This document shows positions 1 to 9,566 of a stretch of DNA of 19,092 bases, one piece after another; position 1 is the first letter of the stretch, and each line of letters opens with the position of its first letter. The notes beneath the pieces are model-generated. The model was not told the origin of the DNA. It saw nothing but the letters and a program-made list of their open reading frames with translations, and searched no databases. Source of the stretch: Fonticula alba ATCC 38817. Its lineage: Eukaryota > Protista > Nucleariida. A program made the position numbers and the translations under genes. The stretch lies in assembly GCA_000388065.2 (NCBI GenBank), contig KB932208.1. One strand, written 5' to 3'.

Positions 1-17
1 GGGGGGGGGGGGGGGGT

Positions 18-2216
18 TTAGCCGAACCAGGCGTTCTTGTTGCTCGGGCTTTGGACGGCGCTGTTGCTGGCGCTGACCGACTTGCTGGAGGCGGATGTGC
101 ACTTCTTGCAGGATCTCCCACAGCCCCGGCAGCCGGAGGTCCCCTGGGAGTACTGCTCGGCGATGTCGCGGACCTTCTTGAAAAGAATGTCATTGATCTT
201 GGAGATGCGCGCATGGGTGGTGCGCAGATCGCGCGAGTCGAGGGCCAGGATGTCGAAGAGGGCCACGAAGTCGGCCCCGATCAGGTGCAGGCGCTCCGGG
301 ATGGGGGCCGAGCAAACCGCCTCGTCGGAGCATGCGCGCACCGACGACTGGGCCAGCTGCTGGGCCGTCTGGCTGGGCCCGAGGACCACCTCGCTGCCGG
401 CCCCGCCGGCAACCATGCCGCCGAAGCCGAAGGACGCCGAGGAGGAAGTGTCAAGCATGGGGCTGGCCGAGTCGGTGGGCATCTTCCGGCCGGCGGCGGC
501 ATTGGCGGCGGCGGCGGCGACCGGCGCGCCGACCGGGGGAAGGTGCTGGCCCGACTCCTGGAGGATGGCCTCCACATCCTCCTCATTCTCGATGTACCCA
601 TCCTCGCCGCGGGAAACGAGCTCGATGCGCGCGCGCATGGCCCGCTCCAGCTGGACCAGGGCCTCGACAATCTCCGGGGTGATGATCTCGTCGGTGGACC
701 GGCGCCCGGTGGCGGTGTCGGCGTCCGGGCCGTCGCCCATGCCGGCATCCATGGCAGTCGGGTCGTCATCGTCGCCGGCGCGGGTGGAGCTGCCCCGGCG
801 CTTGGAGGAGCTCTTCTTGCTGCGGCCGGACTTGGAGGACTTGCCGCCGGCGCGGCGCCGGTGGCTGCGACCGCCCTCGTCCTCGTCGCTGAAGAGCTCA
901 TCGCCGGACATGACCCCGCTGCCGGCGGCCGGGCCATGGGCATTGCGGTTGCGATCTTGGATCTTGTGGATCTTCTCCACCTGGCGGTTGTGGAACTCCA
1001 CCATTTCCTGGTTGGTCCGGCGGAGTTGCTGCAGCTCGGCGCGCAAGTTGTCGATGGTCAATTGCGACTCGACGGCCAGCGACTCGTGCTTGTCGATGAT
1101 TTCGGCATCGCGCTTGGTCTGGGTCTCGAGCTGCTGCATGCGCAGGGTCACCTCGGCCAGGGCGTCGGTGGCCTTGGAGACGATGGAGTTGATGCGGCCC
1201 TCGTCATTGACCCCGGCTTCGATGATCTTGGCCTTGAGCCGGTCGACCGTGGTCATCAGGTCGTCCACTTCGTCCTCGGTCCACAGGCGCATGCCGATGA
1301 ACTTGTTGAACACCTGGGCCAGGAAGGCCAGGTTCAATTCGCGGCGCTTGCTCTTCAGCGTGTCGGAGGACAGGTGCTTGCGGCAGTCGACGGCCGCCGC
1401 GGCGCGCAGCAGCACCCGGTGCCGGGCGGTGTCATCCTCGGCGTCGATGGCCTCCTGCACCATGTCGCGACCCACCTGCCGCGGGGCCAGGGCATTCAGC
1501 AGCCGGAGCAGGACCATGCCATCGGCCAGGTCCTCGGTGAAGTTGGTGATGCGCCGATCGGTGCCGGCCTCCTCGCGGCCGCCATTGGCATAGCCACCCC
1601 CCCGGCGGAGGTGGTAGTTGACCCAGCGCAGGAGAAGCGCCTCCGGCGGGAGGTCATTGAATTCCTGCAGGGTTTCCTGCTTGTTCATGAGCAGCACCAG
1701 CTCCGGATGGTCATTGACACACACCGTGTGCAGCAGGAACACGCGCATCACCTGCCAAAGGATGCCCATGATGATTTTGCGGTTCCCATGGACGATGTCC
1801 ATCGGCCCGGCATTGACCAGCGGCACGCCGAGCTTGTTCAGCCCCTCCAGGGCCAGGTTGGCATTGGTGGTGGCCTCGAAGATGTTCTTGCTGCCGACAT
1901 TCTGCACCCCGTTGAAGCTGCCGCCGGAGGAGCTGGTGGAGGACCGCTTGGAGGATTGCTCCTTCATCTTCTTGAGGGCCACAATGTCGATGCCTCCGCG
2001 GAGCTTGCTCAGGTCCACGGTGCCCGGCCGGACGAGGTTGATGAAGCGCGCCAGGACGGCCCCATCGCGGCAGACATCGATCAGGTTGTCGGTCTTCAGC
2101 GGGAGGAGCTGCTTCAGATCGCGATCGAGGGCCAGGATGTCGTTCAACTCGTCGACGATGGCCTCGAACTCGGAGTCCTCGCTCCGGAAGAAGCTGCCCG
2201 ACTCCAGCTGGACCAT
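18..2216 (-). CDS. Fimbrin/plastin-like tandem calponin-homology (single ABD) protein with central coiled coil, 732 aa, intronless
   Basis: ATG at 2216 (context aaagcaacaATG), TAA at 18-20, strong GC3 bias. CH1-like: NLIDVCRDGAVLARFINLVRPGTVD...NANLALEGLNKLGVPLVNAGPMDIVHGNRKIIMGILWQVMR. Linker plus CH2-like: HPELVLLMNKQETLQEFNDLPPEALLLRWVNYHL...ITNFTEDLADGMVLLRLLNALAP...LNLAFLAQVFN. These match the fimbrin ABD1 pattern (DG.VL.K.IN; N.G..D...G...L.LG.LWQ; L.PEE.LLRW.N.HL). A heptad-rich segment follows (~945-1280). The listed ORF start at 2438 spans a gap and is not used. Confidence 0.85.
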   Translation of the reverse strand: MVQLESGSFFRSEDSEFEAIVDELNDILALDRDLKQLLPLKTDNLIDVCRDGAVLARFINLVRPGTVDLSKLRGGIDIVALKKMKEQSSKRSSTSSSGGSFNGVQNVGSKNIFEATTNANLALEGLNKLGVPLVNAGPMDIVHGNRKIIMGILWQVMRVFLLHTVCVNDHPELVLLMNKQETLQEFNDLPPEALLLRWVNYHLRRGGGYANGGREEAGTDRRITNFTEDLADGMVLLRLLNALAPRQVGRDMVQEAIDAEDDTARHRVLLRAAAAVDCRKHLSSDTLKSKRRELNLAFLAQVFNKFIGMRLWTEDEVDDLMTTVDRLKAKIIEAGVNDEGRINSIVSKATDALAEVTLRMQQLETQTKRDAEIIDKHESLAVESQLTIDNLRAELQQLRRTNQEMVEFHNRQVEKIHKIQDRNRNAHGPAAGSGVMSGDELFSDEDEGGRSHRRRAGGKSSKSGRSKKSSSKRRGSSTRAGDDDDPTAMDAGMGDGPDADTATGRRSTDEIITPEIVEALVQLERAMRARIELVSRGEDGYIENEEDVEAILQESGQHLPPVGAPVAAAAANAAAGRKMPTDSASPMLDTSSSASFGFGGMVAGGAGSEVVLGPSQTAQQLAQSSVRACSDEAVCSAPIPERLHLIGADFVALFDILALDSRDLRTTHARISKINDILFKKVRDIAEQYSQGTSGCRGCGRSCKKCTSASSKSVSASNSAVQSPSNKNAWFG

Positions 2217-2302
2217 TGTTGCTTTGGTGGACGCCGCACGAGCGAAGTGACCTGTCCTAGAGAGGCAGAGGGACGACGGGAGGAGCGAATGGGGGGGGGG
2301 GG

Positions 2303-2407
2303 NNNNNNNNNNNNNNNNNNNNNNNNNNNNNNNNNNNNNNNNNNNNNNNNNNNNNNNNNNNNNNNNNNNNNNNNNNNNNNNNNNNNNNNNNNNNNNNNNN
2401 NNNNNNN
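2303..2407. other. Assembly gap (N run)
   Basis: N characters, flanked by G runs on both sides. Confidence 0.99.
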
Positions 2408-3072
2408 GGGGGGGCTTCCGCGGGCTGTGTGCTTGCAAAAAGAAGGAAAGGGGGCAAGGAAGCGTGGCGTGACGTTTTGCTCTTCGGGCAGCGGAAGCGG
2501 GTCAACAGAGTGAGGTGCAAGGGGCCCAAGATCGTTGAAAGAAGGGTCAGTCACATTAGCCGGGCACAGATGGGTGACAAGCTCGAAAAGCGGAGCCCGG
2601 CAAGGGTGGGGGTGGGGGGGGGGGGCAGGGACGAGCAAAGGGCCGGCACGCTTGGTGCCCGGACGCCAGGGCAAGGTCGATATCTCTGGCGTTGCGGCTG
2701 GGCACTGGCGCACACCCACGGTACATGTCCGGGGGGACGCCCATCGGGCCCGGCGCGCTTTACCAGGAGGGGCCATGGCAGGTGGTGCGAGGGGCCGAGC
2801 CGAGGCTGGCCCTGACTCGAGGCCTTCTCAGGCGGCTGCGGCTGCGGCTGCGGCGGGAGGCGGGAGGCAGAGGCGGGCGAGGTGGCGGGAAGGGGGACTT
2901 CGCTCTTTCGAGCATTGCGGCAGGGAAAGCATGGACAGGGAGGAGGGGCCATGAGTGCGATGGACATACAAAGGGTGAGGCTGAGGTGTTGGTTGACACA
3001 TCTCCCGGAGAGACCGCCACTGTCCTGCCTCTTGGGGTGGGGAGGGGAAAGGAGGGCCGAGCTGGGACGGTG

Positions 3073-3075
<3 letters not shown>

Positions 3076-3136
<61 letters not shown>
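3076..3136. repeat. (GT)n microsatellite, about 30 units
   Basis: Perfect GT dinucleotide run read directly. Confidence 0.97.
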
Positions 3137-3140
<4 letters not shown>

Positions 3141-3301
3141 TACATGTTGCCTGCTGCCGTTGAGCTTCCGAGCCTCGGCACACCTCCGCCTCCCCCTGCT
3201 CACCCTCTCCGCCGCGCCCATCGCCCGTGTGCCCCCCCCCCTCCCCCCATCGCCGTCACCCGTCTCCTGTTGCTATATTGCTCTCTGCTGAGGGAGGGGG
3301 G

Positions 3302-3990
3302 NNNNNNNNNNNNNNNNNNNNNNNNNNNNNNNNNNNNNNNNNNNNNNNNNNNNNNNNNNNNNNNNNNNNNNNNNNNNNNNNNNNNNNNNNNNNNNNNNNN
3401 NNNNNNNNNNNNNNNNNNNNNNNNNNNNNNNNNNNNNNNNNNNNNNNNNNNNNNNNNNNNNNNNNNNNNNNNNNNNNNNNNNNNNNNNNNNNNNNNNNNN
3501 NNNNNNNNNNNNNNNNNNNNNNNNNNNNNNNNNNNNNNNNNNNNNNNNNNNNNNNNNNNNNNNNNNNNNNNNNNNNNNNNNNNNNNNNNNNNNNNNNNNN
3601 NNNNNNNNNNNNNNNNNNNNNNNNNNNNNNNNNNNNNNNNNNNNNNNNNNNNNNNNNNNNNNNNNNNNNNNNNNNNNNNNNNNNNNNNNNNNNNNNNNNN
3701 NNNNNNNNNNNNNNNNNNNNNNNNNNNNNNNNNNNNNNNNNNNNNNNNNNNNNNNNNNNNNNNNNNNNNNNNNNNNNNNNNNNNNNNNNNNNNNNNNNNN
3801 NNNNNNNNNNNNNNNNNNNNNNNNNNNNNNNNNNNNNNNNNNNNNNNNNNNNNNNNNNNNNNNNNNNNNNNNNNNNNNNNNNNNNNNNNNNNNNNNNNNN
3901 NNNNNNNNNNNNNNNNNNNNNNNNNNNNNNNNNNNNNNNNNNNNNNNNNNNNNNNNNNNNNNNNNNNNNNNNNNNNNNNNNNNNNNNNNN
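3302..3990. other. Assembly gap (N run)
   Basis: N characters, preceded by a G run. Confidence 0.99.
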
Positions 3991-4226
3991 GGCATGGACG
4001 CGGCCGGCGTCTGACCCGCGATCATCAGGATGGCACTGGTATCACCGGGACCATGGCCGGAAAATGGGGGCCCTTTCACCGGCACGCGCCCGACGGACAG
4101 CGTGCGCTTCCGGGCCGGCAGCCACTGGTGCTGGTCGAGGGTGTTGGGTCCTGGGAAGCCATTGTGGGCAAGGTTGGAGGTTCTGGACGTGTGGTCGATC
4201 AGACCCCACCCTGGCGTACCCTACCG

Positions 4227-4261
4227 CCACCGGCCACCGGCCACCGGCCACCGGCCACCGG
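4227..4261. repeat. Tandem 7-mer (CCACCGG) x5
   Basis: Five exact adjacent copies with no spacers. Confidence 0.95.
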
Positions 4262-7005
4262 GCGTCACCTCGCGCCCCTCCCCCCTCCCCCAGGTCAAGT
4301 CCACTGCAGGGGGGCGATAGAGGGGGGTCAAATACCGAGGCGCACCGCCCCCCCCCCTCCAAGTGGGGAGAACCCTCGCCATGGCCGGTATTTCCAGTTT
4401 TGAGGTCTCCTTCGCGGGCGCTGTCCCCCTCCCTGGGCCGATCTGCGAACAGGGCCAGCGGCCCGGGCCCTGTCCGAGCACCAGGGGTCAAGGCCCTGGA
4501 GAGATCGAGGAGGCTGGCCGCCGGTCAAGGTGTCTGCCTCTTGCGGGAGCTCCTCCGGGGGACCAACTCGACCGGCCGCGGCCGATCCCTCCACCACAGT
4601 CCCCGTGTCCCGGGACTGGCCTTGGCTTCAATCGGGTGGCTTGCCCGGTGATTGAAGTCCGGGAACCAGGGAAACACCGGTACCCCCCTCGCCCCCCTCC
4701 CCCCTCCCCCCGCCCCCCGGCACTAGGGGCAGAGACAGACCGTTTAGCTTGAGAAAAACCCGCCGCGCGGGGACGGGCCCCCGGCCGCGGGCGGGAGGCC
4801 ACCAAGCAGCGACGAGAGCGCCTCGTCCGTGGGCCCGGCCCATGCCATCCATGGCGACCTGACAAACGCGGGGCGCCGAGTTTCAAGAGCGGCCTGCTGG
4901 GCGAACAGCCCAGCTCCTGGCCCCCCCCCCCCCCCTCCCTCCGCTCGCGTGCCACTTGACTCGATCCAGGCGTGCCCCGGCCGAAAAGGAAGGGTGGGGA
5001 GCAGGCGGAAGCGGCCGAGAGGCGTTGGCGTGGCCCCTTGCCACGGGACGCCATTGGGGCAGAGTACATTTCGGCCGTGCTTCCGTGCCCCGCCCTGCCC
5101 CGCCCCCTTCCCCCTCTCGCGCGGTCCACTTGCGATGCTTGAGGGCCTGGGCGCCCAAGCGCCGGCGGCTGGCCTGTGGCCGTGTATCGCCTGGAAGTTT
5201 CGAGCGCAAGCATAATGCCGGCCATGGGAAGCCCCCGCCCTGCCCCGCTCTTTGCGCGCCTCCCCCCCCCCCCCCGGCCTTCTTGCCCCTCCGCTGCTCC
5301 GAGGAAGACTTGAGACCCCCCTTCGGGAAAAACCACGCCTGGACAGGGTCCGGTGTCAGACAGTCGGCGAGAATGTCGTTTATGCCGGGAAATTGAGCGG
5401 TATCTCGCTTGCGGGACGCAAGCGCAGGGTACGCGCATGTATGTATGGCCTCCTGCCAGTGCGCCGGCGCCAACGCAGAGGCAGCTCGCTTATCGCAGTG
5501 CGTATGGGGCCCCGAGCGGGCTGCGGGGTCAATGCGCGCGCACTGGCGCCCCCGGTGGGGGCCCAGGGGGGGGGGGGAAGGTGCGCCCGTATCGCGCTGC
5601 TGCCCATGTCGCCGGCCCCAACCCGGCTCAGGGTGGCCGAGTGCATGAGCGAGTGGATCCGGGATGTGGTGACCATGCGTGATAGGGAGACCGCCAGTGT
5701 GTTGCTGACCACTTCGCCAAGGGTATGGGCGAGGAGTGGCCAGGACGGCCAGGCACCCGTTTGCTCACAGACCATAGTACCAGCCTGTCCGGGCGGTTGT
5801 GCGTATGTTGCCGGTGGGGCTCGAGCCGTCTGCGACCCCCGGGGGCGGGCGGGGGGAAGGCCCCTCGAGTCGAGGGCCGATTAATTGCCGGCGGATCGGC
5901 GCCACTTGTGGTCCTGGCCTTGTCTCCCGCGTCGCGCGGCGCGGACCGGCGCCCCCCCCCCCCCCCCCTGGCCCCGGCGCCGGGGGGCCCGGCATCGAGC
6001 AGCAGCGGACTGGTCTCACCTCGGCCTCGGTGTATGTCGGGTGCCATGGGTGCTGCTGCGAGCAGCCCGGACCAGATGATTGGGACGCGGGGCGCCGGTG
6101 ATGGTGTAGGACCGGGCCGCGCCTAAGCCAAAGCAGGGGCTGTTAAGCTGCCTCAGAGTGGGGGCCACCACGGGGGGCGGGGGGCTGTGAGCCAAGAGCG
6201 GGACCTTCCCCGCAACCAGGCCAGGATCAAAGCACCGGCCGATCCCTCTCGCTGGAGATGCCGAACCACTGGGAGGCCCCCCCCCCCAGTATGAACCACG
6301 CCAGGGCGTTGGAGAATGCGCGCAAGTGTGTGCGCAGCGTCGACGCAGGTCCTATCACTGGATGGGGCGGGGGGGGGGGGGCGGGGTGGCGACGGGTGTG
6401 CACTGGCGTGGGCGCGCAAGATTGCGACCCCACCCCCAACGGGGCTGTGTCGTTGAGTGCGCGCCCCGCAGCGTGAGCCCCCCTTACTGCCCCACTGTAC
6501 CCCCGCCCCGCTGCCTTTTTGCAGCATTGTGCACCACCTCCAAGAGGGCATGTCCGATGCCGGGCCCCTAACTGGACCGAATGAAACAGAGCAACTTTCA
6601 GGCGGGGCGCCGAAAATGGACCGGTTGGTGCTATCTATTCGGAGCGCGTGAGCGCACCCGTGGGACAGCCGAAGGGGGAGGCGCGGCGATTTGTTTGCGC
6701 CAGCCGCCCCGAGCGAGCCCAACCGGGAGGGTGTGTGCGTGTGCGTGTGCGCGCGCGCGCGTGTGCGCCATGTCGCCGCCACCCCGCCTTCCACCTTCCT
6801 GCTTTGGGCCAAGCTGTGCTCATGTGTGTCCGGCGAAAGGCCCAAGGCGGGTGGGGAGCGCAAGACGGCGATGGGCTGCCAAGAGGAGTGTCGCCACCTT
6901 CGGCAGGGAAGCCGCGATGTCCGGTCGCGATTGAAGCCGGCCACCAAGAGCTTGGTACGCAACTGGCGCAGAGAAGTCCGCGGCCGAGGCCGGGAAAATG
7001 GCAGG

Positions 7006-7023
7006 GAGAGAGAGAGAGAGAGA
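7006..7023. repeat. (GA)n microsatellite
   Basis: Read directly. Confidence 0.9.
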
Positions 7024-7423
7024 AAAGACGGGCACGCGGGCACACCCGATTGTGGGCTTCCTCGCCTGCCAGCTGGAAAAAGGAGTCCATGACATGCCAC
7101 GGCTGATCACGGCACACGCGTCGGCCTGTGCCGCGACGCAATTGTGGCGTATGGGGGGATGACACACGTCGGTCCGTTGGGAGTAGCGCCCCCCGCGCCC
7201 GGCTGCCGGGGCAAAACGGGCCGGCCTCCCCCGGGACCCGGGCCGGGGAGGGAGGAGCGAGGGCGGAGAAGGGGAGGGGGAGGAGGCGCCGCGGGCGCGG
7301 CCCTCCCCGGGGGAAGGGGGCACGTTAAATCCGCCGGCGTCGGTGCCCCGGCCCGGGGGAGGGGAGGCTCCAGACCGGCAGCGACCCGGCCGAGGTCCCG
7401 GCATAGGGGGCCGGGCCAACTGG

Positions 7424-9038
7424 TCAGAGGGGGGGGGGGGGGAGGAAAGGCAAATGGGTGGTGAGTTTGGATTTCCAGGGGCTATTCTCGCCGGTGCCGG
7501 CATGGTGCGCATCGACGCGGGGCGGGGCCGGGCGGCGAGCGGGCAGGAGGGAGGGAGGGAGGCCGGGCGGCGCAGCAATCCGGGCCGGTGCCACGGCCCG
7601 GGGGCCCACGCGGCCGGCTTGGGTATCCAGGGGCGGCCGCCGCGAAAGCATGTATGTGCCCTTGCAAGCACGTGGCACATTTCCTGCCCCGGTGGGCCCT
7701 GCCCAGGGATGTGTGTCGGTGTGGCTGGGGCGCGCGGGGGGGGGGGGGGGGAAGACGCCGCCGGCGCGTGTGCGACTGACACAGGCAAGGGGTCGCAAGG
7801 GACAACCCGCCCTGCGGGCCGCCCCCGGCGCCATGCACCTGGCGCAACCCAACAGCGGGTCAGATGCGTACCATCTTCGGTCCGGGCCCGGGTGCGCAGG
7901 TCTCGCTGGCGTTGGCGGAACTTGGCACTTCGCTCGTCGGGGGTCTCCAAATGCGGGGCATACGCCAGGCGGAGGACACGCACCCCCGGCAGGGAGGATG
8001 CGTGGCGGCGATTGGCGCGACTCTTGGCCAGCCTGGGCGAGGAGAAGGGCGCCGGGGGCGGCCCGCAGGCGACAGCGACATGGGGAGGACGAAGGTCAGG
8101 GACCGGCGTGGGGGGAGGGGGGGGGGGGGGGCACTGCGCGCGGCCTCGGCCACGCGCGTGGGACATGCGCCTGTGCATGTGGAGGCGCCAATCGAAATGG
8201 CCGGGAATGGGGCAGGCACGTACCGCGCTTGGCGAACTGTGCGAAAGGTGGCCAGAAAGACAGGCGCCATGGATTGAAATTCATCGGACTGGGTGTACCC
8301 GTAGGGCAGGTGGGCCGTGCAGAGTTCGGTCGCAAGGGCCAGCCGACAGACAGGGGCCGGTGAGGGCAGCCCACCGGGGGGTGGCTCCTCGCCCGGCCGC
8401 GCGCCAGGGGCCAGCAGCCGGCCGAGATACTCGGCCAGATCTTGGCACGCATCCAGCGGCGAGCCAAATACACGGAGATCCGGCATGCCAAAGATCAGCA
8501 TGTAGCGCGATTCGTCGGCCACCGTGCACACGCGAACCGGCCGCCGGCGGCCGGCGGCGGCCTCTTCCTCCTCCTCGGGCAGGCGTAAATGCCCGATCCC
8601 CCCGAGGGCAAAGCGCCGATCGGCAGGTGGCCCGGCTTGGATGAGCTCGGCTCGGGTGTGGAGGTCCACAGCACCACCGAGCTCCGGGCGTGCCACGGGG
8701 AGATGCCCGGCCAGGGCGGCCTCCGGCGGAGTGGCCAAGGATCTCGCCGAGGCAGCGGCCGCGGCAACAGGGCGGGCGGTCATTTTGGCGGAGGTGGCCG
8801 CCGCTTGCCGGGGAGGCGGGCCCAACTCCGCGGCATGGCGGCCGCCGGAGGGCGGCTTCGCCAGCAGGGCAGCCGCCACGGCATTTGTCAGTGATTTCGA
8901 AAAGTCCGACTCCGGCACCGGCAAGGCCGGAGGGGCGTCACAGGGCTCCGGGACCGGGGCACGGCGCTGGGCGCGCGGCCGGTGCCGTCGCCTTTTTCGC
9001 TCCGGAGAGCCAGGGCGGTCCGACGGCAGGTCGGCCAT
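7424..9038 (-). CDS. RBM48: RBM48-like RNA-binding protein; model complement(join(7424..7698,7872..8032,8224..9038)), about 416 aa
   Basis: Exon 1 has RRRPVRVCTVADESRYMLIFGMP, compared with the RBM48 signature RRP.AVKVYTIN.ESQYLLIQGVP, and APVFLATFRTVRQAR, compared with EVYLIKF..LQSAR. Splicing GTACGT(8223)...CCCAG(8033) gives QARLAKSRAN...VRVLRLAYAPHLETPDERSAKFRQRQ, compared with SARTAKRKMD...LLHVCYAPEFETVEETRKKL. A second donor GTACGC lies at 7871. The exon 3 acceptor (7699) and stop (7424) are tentative. The joined length of 1251 nt is divisible by 3. Confidence 0.72.
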
Positions 9039-9287
9039 CTGTCGCGCAACCGGAAGACCCCCGAGCCGGCGGGCAGCAAGAGAGGCAAGCGAAGTGACAG
9101 CGGCGAGAGGACGCAGGGCGGGCGAGGGAGAGGCATGGTTGGTGGCCGAGCCCGCTCGAGTCCGGGAGAGATCCTCACCCTGGCGGCACTTATATGTGCG
9201 CGCGCGCGTGTGTGTGCGTGTGTGTCGGCGTGCGCGATCGGGCACCGAAGGGAGCCGGGGCTGGGAATGCGGCTGATGCCGGCGTGT

Positions 9288-9524
9288 TTATTGTTCACGT
9301 GATCCCCGCACCAGAATGAGGGCCGCCACCACCAGCGCCACAGCCGGCGAGGTGCCGGGGTCGGCGAAGAGCTGGCGGATGTCCTGGGCCGCGGCGACGA
9401 GGGAGGGGTGGTCCTCCTCGCCAGGCTGGGCGGCATGCACGCGGACGTCGACCTCGCTGGGCCGGTAAGTTGATGAGTCGCTGTCGAAGCGCAAGGTGAT
9501 GTCGAGTCTGGAAGGCCACCAGGT

Positions 9525-9566
<42 letters not shown>

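Noticed and set aside
37-2513. Long plus-strand ORFs 37..1593 and 51..2513
   Set aside because: Antisense shadows of the GC3-rich CH-domain gene; no motifs, and one spans an N gap.
4227-4261. CCACCGG x5 as a CRISPR-like or telomeric array
   Set aside because: Repeats are 7 bp, adjacent and without spacers; the context is eukaryotic and internal. It is a simple minisatellite.
2551-4651. ORFs with HTHT/CVCV runs or long X stretches
   Set aside because: Translations of the (GT)n microsatellite and the N gap, not genes.
7621-7630. GTATCCAG as a possible U12-type donor near the RBM48-like gene
   Set aside because: It does not match RTATCCTT and lies on the strand opposite the gene. No U12 intron was seen in the window.
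8171-8173. Alternative RBM48 intron-1 acceptor (53-nt intron)
   Set aside because: Frame-compatible, but it inserts a poly-Pro segment and breaks the AR.AK spacing. The acceptor at 8033 aligns better.
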